From Hydrolagus colliei (lineage: Eukaryota), in contig CM068753.1 in assembly GCA_035084275.1 (NCBI GenBank), positions 1,736,001 to 1,800,000 on the forward strand: DNA of 64,000 nt, written 5' to 3'. A program made the translations under genes and the position numbers. The notes below the pieces were generated by a model, which saw only the letters and a program-made list of their open reading frames with translations, was not told the origin of the DNA and did not search any database. The stretch's first letter is position 1. Each line of letters begins with the position of its first letter. Positions 34,146-46,292 of the stretch are shown here, in pieces.

Positions 34146-34809
34146 TATATAATGGGACAAAGTAAAGCTTTTTTTAAAAAAAGTTTCCTATTAACAACCA
34201 ATTTGGTCTGGATCTGCACCAGGTCAATATTAAAAGTATTTAATATTCGGTGATGTGTGGTGCGAAAGTCCATCTTTTGTCTCATACATTTCTACTTAAT
34301 AGTTTGACTTTGACTTCAAAACCCCTTCAAAAAACATTCCACCTTCATCCTAACTTGATATACTGTACATCTATCTATTCGGAATGCCAAATTCACGTCT
34401 CGATGACGTGATAAGATGCTACATCAAATTCAAAGATTATTAAAATTAATGTGAATATTAATTTATTTATTTTTTGCCCCCCCTTTATAATATTTTTTAT
34501 TTTCCTTATTTGTTATTTTTGAATATTGCACAGAAATCTATAAGGTATGGAAGACAACAGTGATTAATTTTTTTAAATTGTCTTGAAGCAGTCATTTAAT
34601 GTGAGTGTTGATTGCATTGAATAGATTTGAAGCAAACTTTTACGCTTTAAATTACTTTGGCTTTTTCAAAAAAATAGGATATGGTTCTACAATACAATTA
34701 TTCAAAAGGCAGACAACTGCTTAAAGAATCCGTTATTGACAGGCTTTGCGTTAAGATGTTGGCAGGTGCTGCGTTAATAACTTGATGAGTAGTTATTATA
34801 TCTTGTATC

Positions 34810-34900
34810 CCTGGCTGGATTATTATGAATGACATTGTCCTAAATCTTTTTGTGCTGACAGGCAAGGGCACACTAATCCAAGGGGCGATACTTTATAAGG
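34810..34900 (+). promoter_or_regulatory. Rhodopsin proximal promoter (CRX, NRL, TATA)
   Basis: GGATTA 34817-34822, AT-rich-preceded TGCTGAC half-MARE 34853-34859, CTAATCC 34873-34879, TTTATAAG 34892-34899. Same order as the mammalian BAT-1/NRE/Ret4/TATA elements. Confidence 0.8.
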
Positions 34901-35085
34901 ACCGGGAGCTCTGGTGGGGGGGTTAGAGTGTAGCCATTCACTGATCAGGGTAGTTCCTAGACTCCGTAGAAAAACAGGAAGCTTTTAAGCGAATCCTTTA
35001 GCGAAGTAACAGTCAAAACAAAAAAAGCCCGGCCCACCGATCTGAGTTTGTTTCTTTCACATCTCCACCGTTAAGATCTGCAAAC

Positions 35086-38000
35086 ATGAACGGCACGGAA
35101 GGCGACTTCTTCTACATTCCCATGTCCAACAAGTCGGGATTAGTCAGGAGCCCCTATGAGTACCCTCAGTACTATCTGGCCGAACCCTGGAACTTCGCTG
35201 CCGTGTCCGCCTACATGTTCTTTCTGATCGTCACTTGCTTCCCCGTCAATTTCCTCACGTTGTACGTCACCTTCGAGCACAAGAAGCTCAGACAGCCTCT
35301 CAACTTCATCCTCCTCAACCTGGCCGTATCCGACCTGTTCATGGTCTTCGGGGGGTTCTTTGTCACGCTCTACTCGGCGACGCACGCCTACTTTGTGCTC
35401 GGACGTACCGGCTGCAACATCGAGGCATTTTTCGCCACGCTGGGCGGTAAGGCCACAGAACGCACAATCTGTTTTGCCTCGTAGTGTAATCCTACCAAGC
35501 GCCTTGAGACGTCTCGAAGACGCGATAAGGCGCTGTAATCAAATGAATAGCTTATTAATATTATTAGTAGCATTATTATTATGACTATTGTGATGAATAA
35601 TTACAGTAATATTACCATAAGACACTAATCCACAAAATCTCCTCTCAAAAGACAGAGAGAGACAGACAGAGAGAGAGAGAGATGGAGAGATCCAGCCATA
35701 ATTTCAGTTGAAATTAAATACTATTGAAGAGTATTTGTGCATGTGTGTCAATGACTCAATGTCAGTTCCAATAACTGTGAATTTACTAACCTGTATTCGT
35801 ATTGATTATTGATAAGGTCACTTTATTCCCGAGTCTCTGAGTCGTTCGATACTCATTTGATTGGCTTCGCATTCACTGATCAATTAGAGCTAAGAGAAAA
35901 ATAAGTTGTCAAACTAGATGCCAATTGCGTAGCATTTCATCCGTCAGTTACATAAGGTGGGACCTATAGATATGTCGAAAAAAAAGTAACACATATCTTA
36001 TTGAGCTGGGCAATCTGACTTGGAATGTGTAGTAGTTTATGGGGAAATTAACAGTTTTCTAAATGACCAACTAATACATTTTATCTTTGAGGCGTCTTGA
36101 TGGCCTGATCAGGCGTTATATCAAATGCAAGGGTTTTATTAATATTATTATGATCAATTTTTGTATCTTCTATCTTTTTGACCTATTGCCTTGTCAGCCT
36201 TGTAGGTACAGTACTGTGCTTGATAATCTTTACATAAATCCCCAAACATTTGGAAGGGTTTAAGTTTGTTCCTTCTGTTTAACCGGGAAATATTTCTCAA
36301 TACAGGTTTGAATTTTTTCAAAATATATATTCAAAAAATCAATATCAATAAAAAGGTTAATTGAGAACTTGAATGGAATCGTAGTTTTCTTTAAAAAATG
36401 TTTTGCTTGTGCAGTATACGAAAATTGACTGTTTCTCTTTGTCCCTCCCTCCCTCCCTCTCTCCCTCCTTCTCTCTTGCAGGTGAAGTGGGTCTGTGGTC
36501 ATTGGTGGTCCTGGCTATTGAAAGATATGTTGTGGTTTGCAAGCCCATGAGTAACTTCAGATTTGGCACAAACCACGCCATTATGGGGGTGCTATTTACG
36601 TGGGTGATGGCCTTATCTTGCTCTATCCCTCCTCTGGTCGGATGGTCCAGGTAATCGCAGAGTCACCAGGCACACGGACAGACACAGAGACACACAGACA
36701 GACACACACACGCACACAGAAAAACAGACAGAGAGACACACAGACAGACAGTCACACAGACAGACACAGAGACAACAACAACAACAACAGCAACATAGAC
36801 CTCCCTCCCCGCAAAACTGTCCTCCACAAATAACTAATAATCATAATAATCCTTGCGTTTGATATAGCGGCTTTTTTTCACGTCTTCTAGACTGCGTCTC
36901 AAAGCGCTTGACAGAATAGATCGTACAGAACTGCAGTCAATTCACAGCGCGCAGCAGCCGTAGGCTCGATAGAGACTGTGGCATCAGTAGCGGGCGTCAA
37001 TGGGTTCCTAACTTGAGCAACGTCTACTGTTTTGGCAGGTATATCCCTGAAGGATTGCAGTGTTCATGTGGGGTAGACTATTACACAAACAGCCCAGGGT
37101 TCAACAATGAATCCTTTGTCATATACATGTTCAGCGTCCACTTCACTATTCCTCTAACTGTCATTTTCTTCTGCTATGGACGTTTGGTCTGCACCGTCAA
37201 ACAGGTGAGCAAATTGTTCCCCCCCCCCCCACCCCCCTGCCCTTCTCTCTAGCTGAAACCTACCAACCTACTCACCTCCCTGGCTACTCATTTAAGCCAA
37301 TGAGTTGTGGTGTCCCTCCAGGGAGAGAGAGAGAGTGTGTTCCTTCCTTCCAACAATCTACCTCTGGGATTTCCATGTGTGGGTGTAGATGTGGGGTAAG
37401 ATCCACGGAGTTTGGAGTTCGGAGATTCTTAAGCCACGGTAATGTGTTTACGCTTGAATCAGACACCAGGCCGACCACCTGCCTGCCCCTAATTCCCCCA
37501 CCACCCTCCCCCCCCCCCACTCCCCCCACCTTCCCCCTCCCCTCCTCTCCCCCCTATCCCCTTGTCCTCAGCTCGGATCTGAAGCTTGGCCTGTGCCTCG
37601 GGAAGCCCTCCTGACGCCAAAGGCATCCCACCTGTGTACGAGTGTCATATTGACATCGCTGCTGTTGCTGTTGCTGTTGTTGTTGTGTAGGCCGCAGCTC
37701 AGCAGCAGGAATCGGAGAGTACCCAGAGAGCTGAGAGGGAGGTGACGCGCATGGTGATTATAATGGTGGTGTTCTTCCTGGTTTGCTGGCTGCCGTACGC
37801 AAGTGTGGCCATTTACATCTTCACGAACCAGGGCAGCGACTTCGGGCCAATCTTCATGACTATCCCGAGCTTTTTCGCCAAAAGTGCTGCCCTCTACAAC
37901 CCTCTGATCTACATCCTCTTGAACAAACAGGTGAGGACATCGGTTCCATTGGCGTCAAATGCCTTCAGCCGCCCTCCACCTACAACCCCCCCCCCCCCCC

Positions 38001-38643
38001 CACCCCAACCCCGACCTTGTCATGTCCCTTGCTAATTTCCCCACCCACCGAGTCACCCAGCTGGGCTCCAAAATCTGGTCACTTCATCCGTGACTCAATA
38101 ACGATATTATTGTTAATAATAATACTGTAATAATAACCCTGGCATTTGATAGACCGCTTTTCACGTCTTCTAGACGCTTCACCGGATATGCTGTTAAAGT
38201 GAATTGACGGTATATATTTGGGGGAGAAACGCAGCAGCCAATTGCGCACAGCAGCGTCCCCCACACAAACAGTCGTGAATTGAAAATCCACGACTAATTT
38301 TTATTATTGTGGTGTAGTTTTGGTGGGGGGGATTATTATTAGGTGTGTGTGTGTGTGTGTGTGTTGTATGTGTGAGTGTGTGTGTGTGTATATGTGTGTG
38401 AGTCTGGCGTAAGGAAACTTACCCAAGTTTTCGCCCTGACTTGCCTGGATTGAAACACAAGTCTCACTCTTGTATGTCACATCGGTAATATCTTCTTCCA
38501 CACCACATCCCCCTGAGAACTCCTTCGCCTAAGTTACACGGACAGTTTTAAGTGACTTGTTTTCTTTTCATGGTGCTGGAGTGGGAGGTGGGTGGGGAGA
38601 GATAAAAGATTTGATTGCTTTATTTATTGATTGACGATCATTT

Positions 38644-38679
<36 letters not shown>

Positions 38680-38844
38680 TCTCTTTCTCCCTCTCTCCCC
38701 ACCCTTACTCCCGCCCAGTTCCGTACCTGCATGGTCACCACCATTTTCTGCGGCAAAAATCCATTCGAGGAGGAGGAGAGCGTTTCAGGCGCCAGCAAGA
38801 CCGAGGCTACCTCCGTGTCCTCCAGCCAGGTTTCCCCAGCGTAA
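35086..38844 (+). CDS. RHO: Rhodopsin (RH1 rod opsin), 353 aa
   Basis: Exons 35086-35446, 36482-36650, 37039-37204, 37691-37930, 38719-38844 (361/169/166/240/126 nt, canonical introns). MNGTEG start, C110/C187, E113, E122, ERY, K296, NPLIY, C-terminal QVSPA. Confidence 0.99.
38125..38475 (-). mobile_element. tRNA-derived SINE in RHO intron 4
   Basis: Family body, expanded (TG)n, B-box remnant. Confidence 0.8.
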
Positions 38845-39021
38845 AAGCCGCGTTTCGTCACCATTAAAAGCAAACAGGAGGCTGGTTAAAAAAAAAACAA
38901 TTTCCCATCCCGAGCCATGTTTCTTTCGAACGAACTGACTGTGTTGTGTTGAGTCGCGTCAGCGGTTTGTAAATGCTAAGATTTAATATACAGTATTTTT
39001 AAAAAGTATAAGAATAATAAG

Positions 39022-39027
39022 AATAAA
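39022..39027 (+). terminator. Candidate RHO polyA signal
   Basis: AATAAA about 180 nt after the stop codon. Confidence 0.5.
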
Positions 39028-40645
39028 GAATTACGGAAACGGTAAATAGCGGAACTTTCCAACTCGTGTGGGGATTATTTGAGCAAGCCTGAACCACCAC
39101 CCCCACCCCACCCCCCCCCCCCCCCCCCCACCCCACCCCACCACTCCCCTCCCATTCCTGTATTTGATTGATTTATTGATTGATTTTTTGATTGATTGAT
39201 TTCTGAGTATTTTAATGAAAGTATTTTATGATACCTAAAGCTTTGTGACCAAATTGCTAAAAGAATCGAGAGGCGGTTTTCCTCGCGTTCTTGCTCTGGT
39301 TGGAGTTACCGTAAAACAAACTTGTGTTCCCAATTCCGTGTTGAAGTCGGCAGTGGAGAGGTCTGTATAGCTTATAGCAGTTTCTAAGGTGAGAGATGCT
39401 TTTCTTTTGTAAAAAATAAAATCTTGTTCTCCCCTCCCGCACTCTCATAATAACACGCAGCTTTGCAAACCACAAAGGTGTAACCTGGCAGGTATATAGA
39501 CACAAATCATGCAGGTTAAAGCACATCATTATCCTAATAATAATTATATTAATAATTCTACTACTAGTAATAAAGAGTTCATTGCAAATGACAAGAGAGT
39601 TTCTTGGTTTTCATTTCAACTCAACTTCCAATCACAGAAACATTTGATTTGGGTGGGGGGGGGGGGGGTGGGCTGGGGTGGTGTGGGTGGGGGGGGGGGG
39701 GGGGGGGGGAATAATCTGTGGGAATTTGTTGGGAAAGCCCAAGTGAAAGTCTGTCAAACAAGACGTCTCGGAAATCGGTCGAGGAAATTGGGAAACACGC
39801 AAAGAAAACTATGGACTCCCAGGGACTGAACTCACTCCTGTTTCGAATAAAATATCATTCTTCTCGACACAAAGTCATTTGGTGTCTTGATCATCCGTTT
39901 ACAACATTGTTTCGTTGCAAATAAATCTCTTTCGGTGTGCAACGTTTTCATTCTCAACCTCCCCCACCCTCCATCCATCCCTCCCTCCCTCCTGCCCACC
40001 CACACACACACACATATAAGCCGCATTTCGCCCACAAAATATACAGTCGGTTCACTTTACAGTATATTCTGTGGAGTGCGTTAAGACGTGATAAAGCGCC
40101 ACAAGCGGTTATGGGGAGAGAGCTGGGGAGCGGGATTAAAATTGCTTTTTTTTAAAGAGCCGGCACAGACTCGATGGGCCGAATGGCCTCCCTTTGTGCC
40201 GTAAGATTGTATGGATTGAGTGACCAAATTATCATGTTTTTCTATTATTATTATTATAATAATAAATTCATAGCTTGAAGAGTTAACTTGCAAGTTGGTT
40301 TTGAAATATCAAACTGATCACATCGTCACCATTCAGTGAGTCTCTTCGTCTGAAGTTAACATCGGCCACTTTGGAGCAGTGAATACTCGCCACCAGTTTC
40401 CACTTATTTCACTCCCAAAACGAAATTTGTTTTGCCACCTTTAATTAGCAACGTCAAACAAAACACCACTAACTCTTTCTCTATCCCTCGCTCTCCCGAG
40501 TAAGCCAATAAAGACCCTTTCTGTTTCATTCCCCCCAATTGGTGTAACCGCCCTCCGATAGGCTGGACTCTATGCGCTTAAACACCTGACCGAGAGCATT
40601 TTAGACAAAACGCGGGTAGGAAATCTGTTATTGGGAGTTAGGTTA

Positions 40646-43600
40646 ATGTCAGAGATTATGCCGCCAAAGAAGGAATTAACAGGGACTGAACTGACGGTAT
40701 CTGCAGCCGTGAAACCACAGCCTGTCTCTAGAAATAAGCATCGCGGGCTCAGTCAAGGTAAGATGGGCTAAAAAATACACACACAGTCAATTCACTTTGC
40801 AATGCAATCTGTGGAGTGCCTTGGGGCGTCTCCAAGGCGTGATAAGGCACTGTATCAAACACAAGGATTATTATTCTTATTCTTATCTGATAACCCTACT
40901 TTCTGCTGACGGGGCTGTGAGTGTTGAATAAAACAACTCGTTATTAGAATTTCAAAGCTATCCTCGGATAACCAATGTTACAAGAAAGTGAGTTGTGGCT
41001 TGAACTTGGCAGTTTTTCATTTTATTTACGGCTTCTACTAATCTCTCTTTCCCTCCCTCTCTCCCTGCTCCCCAGTCTGGATTGCAGTTCTGTAAATTAG
41101 TCTAGTGCCATTATAGTTAAGCATGACTAAATCCTAACAAGTTTTTGTATGGACAGAATATAATATAATAATCCTCAATGTCTTCGTAAAGAGTCAAACG
41201 GAGATTTATTAGATTATTGCAATTGACGATATATTCCCCCAATATTGTCGCTGTAGCAACAAAAGGTTTGGACAGTGGGCAATGACCCTATGAAAACAGC
41301 AGCAATAGTGTTTGCTGTGACAAACACTATTTGTTTTACCACCACCCTCCCAAGCCCTCAAACCCAGAATATTTTCGCTCGAATTGTGGAGATTTAAATT
41401 GGGTTGGGGGCGGGGAGGGGGTGTGTGGGTGGAACAAAAGTGTGACCTTGGAAAAACGCCTTTAACAGAAGGAGGCGTTTGATTTAGTGTTCGAGCTAAA
41501 TTGCTAACCTGGCTTTGGAAACTTAATGTCGTGCAGGTGGTTTGCCCGTCAAGCCGAAAGGGATCCTTGGCTCTTGCAAACGCCCCCCCATCATGCACAT
41601 GGTCATCTGTGCCTTGAGGATCAGCTCGGATCGGAAAGGACCTCCGTACAGGCCATCAAGAACTTCATCCAGTCCACCTACCCGACCATCGACCTGGTCC
41701 GGCTCAGGACCTCGCTGAAGGCCGCCTTGGATAAAGGCATCAAGACCGGGATCATCATCAGGCCCGCGCGCTCCAAAACCACCGGGGCCATGGGCAGGTT
41801 CAAGGTTAGGGGGCAAAGTGTGTTGCAAGATCCCCACGGTTGTTGTTCAAATCCCTCCACTCCTCTGCAAACCTGCACCAACACAGCTCCCCACCCTTGG
41901 TCACTCTACTGCTAATTGATGTTTTGTTGACTTTGGAGAGGAAATTCTTAGCATTATTATCAGTTTATTTACTGTAGGGGAGTTTGCGGAGAAGAGGAAA
42001 GTGGGGGGTTGAGTGGGGTTGGTGGGGGTTTGGAGGGAGGCCATTTCAAGCAATCGATTCCTTTGTAAATTGTTGGAAAATATGCCCGTGCGTATTAGGG
42101 CTGTTATTGAACTTTCAATTGAAACTCTTGTTCCTAAGTTGCCGACAAAGAGGTTGAGGCAGAAACCTAATGAGGGCACTGGCGAAAATGCTGATCCGAA
42201 TATTCATTCACCAATCAAGGAAACCGTTGAGAAGCCTACAAAGGCGGAGAAGCCCAAATCAAAGAAAACCCAGGCTGCAAAAATACCCGGTAAATATACC
42301 TCTGTTTATGAAAATACCTACATCTGGGAACCCTCGCTCGAAAGCACATTCACCTGTCTGAATAGTCGATGGGGATCAATCTGAATGCATCCATTATAAT
42401 AATAATTATAATCCTGGTTACAATATAATCTTCGAGACGTCTTTAAGCGCTGCACAGAAGATACTGTAAAGTGAATTGACTGTCTATTTGAGGGCGAAAA
42501 TATCTGACACTGACGTCAGTCTTCGTAGATCCAGTGGTCAGAGTGCTCGCCTCGCAAGTGAGATGATCTGGGTTCGGTTCCCAGGCGGGACGAATTCTTA
42601 CGCAAGTTTCCTTACTCCGCTACATCTAGTAGTTTATCTAGTAGTAAGTAGGAACATTGTTGTTAGCCGATTGGCAGATCACTTTTCCAGGGGTAATAAT
42701 TGCTTTTGAAAAATATATATATCTGCTCACTCAATCCACGACTGTTTGTGGCACATGGCTATGCGTAATTGGCTGCTGCGTTTCGCCTACAAAATATACA
42801 GTCAATTTAATTGTGTGAAGAGTTTTGAGAAGCCTTGTAGATGTGACAAGGTGCTGTAACAAATGCAAAGATTATTATTATTATTATACCACAACCTTGT
42901 TTTTTGGCAGGTTCGTCCAAGGAAATATCTGAAACCAAAGGACCACATGAGAAAGTTAAAAAGGTGGGTGTTTTTATAATTGAATCATGTGCAGAATTGT
43001 GTGGTGGAGGGTGGGTTGGTAGATGGGTGGGTGCGTTGGTTCGGTGAGTTGGGGGGAGAGGTTGGAAGCAGAGACAGCTAGAATCCAGGGAGTCAAATCT
43101 CTATTTTATAATCATCCTTGCATTTGATGTAGCGCCTTATCACGTCTTCGAGACGTCTCAAAGTCCTTCACAGAATATACTGTTAAGCGTAGAGGTGAGT
43201 TTATTTGTAAGCGAAACGCGGCAGCTTAGTGTCGATGTAGGCTGAGTCCCAACTCCTGATGTGTGGCTTGAAACCTTACAATCCGATTTTAGAAGCGAGA
43301 GAGCAAAGGACGACATCACTAAATGCAGCTATAAATTTGTGGATCTTAAATAGGCCGGGATGGGGACCAAAGCTTTGGGTCTGTTGACTTGTAGTTGAAC
43401 AAGACTGGTGTTTATTATATAATCATTTGCTATATACTGTCACGGTATTTTGTATTTTGGGGGGGGGGGGGGGTGGGAGGAAAAAAACACAATTATTTAT
43501 TATTATTTTGTTTTAACGGCAGAAATCTGATCAAGAGGTACCTGCCGTCTCCAAACCTAAAAAGCCGTTGAAATCCGAGAACGCCAAGAAAAAAACGGAG

Positions 43601-43861
43601 AAGGAAAAATCGGCGTCCGCTTCAAAACCCAAAGTAAAGGCTTCGGACACCAAGAAATCAGCAACGGGCAAGGTGAAAGGCAGAACGAAGTCCAAGGAAC
43701 CGTTGGATTCAGCCGCTGAGGCCCCCGCCTCGACTTCGACCTCCGCCTCGACTTCGACCTCCAACTCTTCTGGCAAAGGAAAGCTCTCGAAGGAAACGAC
43801 CTTGGCCTTCGGCAAACAGCCGACCAGAAACCGGAGTAAAAAGGAGGATCACGGACAGTAA
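40646..43861 (+). CDS. H1-8: Oocyte-specific linker histone H1.8 (H1foo/B4/H1M); 1-nt frameshift at about 41639 in this assembly
   Basis: Exons 40646-40757, 41537-41804, 42139-42289, 42911-42963, 43523-43861. Globular domain [50 protein letters not shown], Lys-rich tail, intron-containing, syntenic downstream of RHO. Confidence 0.88.
42520..42890 (+). mobile_element. tRNA-derived SINE (long subfamily) ending about 20 nt before H1-8 exon 4
   Basis: A/B box remnants, family body, (ATT)n tail. Confidence 0.75.
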
Positions 43862-44205
43862 CCGAAAGTCTTTCCTCGGGCCTTTCCCATCGCAGAAGCC
43901 AAATTCAATCGGAAGTCAATTAAACGAGAGGAGGAGGAGGAGAAGGCGGCCAAAGGAGACATCCGCTTTCAGATGTTCCACTCGAGGAAAGAGGGCTGAA
44001 AGTGGGTCTCGGAAGGTGACTAGGGTTGGGCGGGTTTTGGGGCGAGGGAATACTAACTCTTATGCTTTGCGACATTTTGTAAATTCTTTCACGCGTTCCG
44101 AAAGGGATGGTGATTTTTTTGAAGCGTATATAAACTTTGTGTGTGGGTGCGTGTCATTTTTTTTTTGCTTTGTTTAAAAACCTACTTGACTATTTTGTAA
44201 ACTTC

Positions 44206-44211
44206 AATAAA
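44206..44211 (+). terminator. Candidate H1-8 polyA signal
   Basis: AATAAA preceded by U-rich tracts (TTTTGTAAA twice, T10). Confidence 0.55.
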
Positions 44212-45371
44212 CTTAAGAGAGAAATCATCCGTGGATCTGTTTCCTCCACAAACTAGGAAAGAGCTCAACAGTGTCACCCACCAGATTTTAGGATGTCAAA
44301 TTTTGCGGACTATTTTGTTTTCTTCTATCGTGTGTGTGTGTGTGTGTGTGTGAGTGACGTCCTTGCAAAGTGACGTTCAGACAACCAGTTAGGTGAATGT
44401 CATTCACATATAATAATCCTCGCATTTGATACAGGCGCCTTATCACGTCTTTCAAGTCTCACAAAGCGCTTCGTGGAATATAACCGCAAAGTGTAGCGAC
44501 TGTATATGTGCGGGCAACACACGGCAGCCGATTGCGCACAGAGGCGTCCCCCACAAACACAAACACATAGAGTTTGAAATTTGGTTCGCTCTTTGCTTGA
44601 CCCAACGAATTCCAATATACGCGAGGAGAAGGGGGGGGGGGGGGCTTATTAAGTAACAACAAACGAGTTTAATCCTTTTTACAGACATTTGATGCATTTA
44701 AACAGTGCAATTATACAGTGACTTCTTCACATCACACCCTCGACTAGTTTGTTCTCCGAGTTAATCGCGCAAATCGGTCTCTCCACATGTAATATTTACA
44801 TTGCGGCATCTCGAAGCGATGGCTCCAGTGTGGACAACAGGAAAATAAAAACGCACGTGCGCACACGTGCACACACACACACACACACGTCAGGTTATAT
44901 ACTTTGTACTAAATCATACATTCACTGATCACTTTTCTCAGTTCCCCCCCCCCCACCCTTACTCTTCCATATCCGGTCTGTAAGATGATGAGACGTATTT
45001 CAACTGCTCCAGACTTAAATGTTCCAAAGAAATGGCATTTAACTTTGAGTGGATTGAAAGAAAGGCTTTGCTGCTGATTGTGTAGTGTTGTATATATATA
45101 TACATGTGAACTATATATATATATATAAAACAACCTCGGCTCCTAATTCTTGCTGCAGGATTTATATAATAATCCTGAAATTTGATACAGTGCTTTTCAC
45201 GTCTTCTAGACTGTGTCTCAAAGCGCTTGACAGAATAGACTGTAAAGTGAATTGACTGTAGATATATTTGTGGACAAAAGGCGGCAGCCAACTGCGCACA
45301 GCAGCGTCCCCTCCACACACAAACAGTCGTGGATTGAAAATGACCGATTTTACTATGAGTGAACCTATGCA

Positions 45372-45571
45372 NNNNNNNNNNNNNNNNNNNNNNNNNNNNN
45401 NNNNNNNNNNNNNNNNNNNNNNNNNNNNNNNNNNNNNNNNNNNNNNNNNNNNNNNNNNNNNNNNNNNNNNNNNNNNNNNNNNNNNNNNNNNNNNNNNNNN
45501 NNNNNNNNNNNNNNNNNNNNNNNNNNNNNNNNNNNNNNNNNNNNNNNNNNNNNNNNNNNNNNNNNNNNNNN
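45372..45571. other. Assembly gap (200 N)
   Basis: Exactly 200 N, flanked by a truncated SINE on the left and poly-G on the right. Confidence 0.99.
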
Positions 45572-46059
45572 TGGGGGTGGGGGGGGGGGAAAGGCAGAAG
45601 ATCTTGAAGAGGTTTGGTCGGTTCGAGTGACTCATCGAGGGCAAGATGGGACAGGAATTGAGGAAGTTTGAAAATAGTAACGGTGGCATCTGTGGGGACC
45701 CCAGCAGGAAACCAACAGAAGTGGAGAGGGAAGTGATTCCGGGTGAGAAAGAAAATCGAGAAATCCGTGTCCTATGTCACATCCCCCTTTTGAGAGGCAA
45801 CACAAACAATTCTCTCAACGGCGCAGAGAGAATAAGAATAATAAATCCTCGCATTTGATGTACCGCCTTATCGCCTCTTTCGAGACGTCGCCAAGCATTT
45901 CACAGAATACATGGTAAATAAAGAACAATTGTAATTATAACATTCATAATGATCCTTGCATTTGATGCAGCGCTTTTCACGTCTTCTAGGCGCCTCAAAG
46001 CGCTTCACAGAATATACCGTACAGGTGGATTGACTGTGTGTATTTGGTGGGCGAAACAT

Positions 46060-46292
46060 GAATCGATGGAATTCTCTACCCGCAAAAGGCTGTAGATGTT
46101 CTCAGTCAGTCCTTCGACATATTCAAGACTGAGATTGACAGATTTCTAGTGGATAGAGAGATTAAGGGATATGAGGCATAAGGCGGGGGCGGGTGGAGTT
46201 AGATGAGGAGATAAGCCATGATCTTATTGGAATGGCGGGACAGGGCTCGAGGGGCTGAATGGCCTACTCCTGCTCCTGATTCCTATGTTCCC
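46060..46292 (+). mobile_element. CR1-clade LINE 3' end (shark-type)
   Basis: WNSLP..FKTEIDRFL..IKGY ORF end, then GGGCTCGAGGGGCTGAATGGCCTACTCCTGCTCCTGATTCCTATG. Confidence 0.8.

Noticed and set aside
45162-45689. ORFs spanning the N run
   Set aside because: Artefact of the assembly gap.
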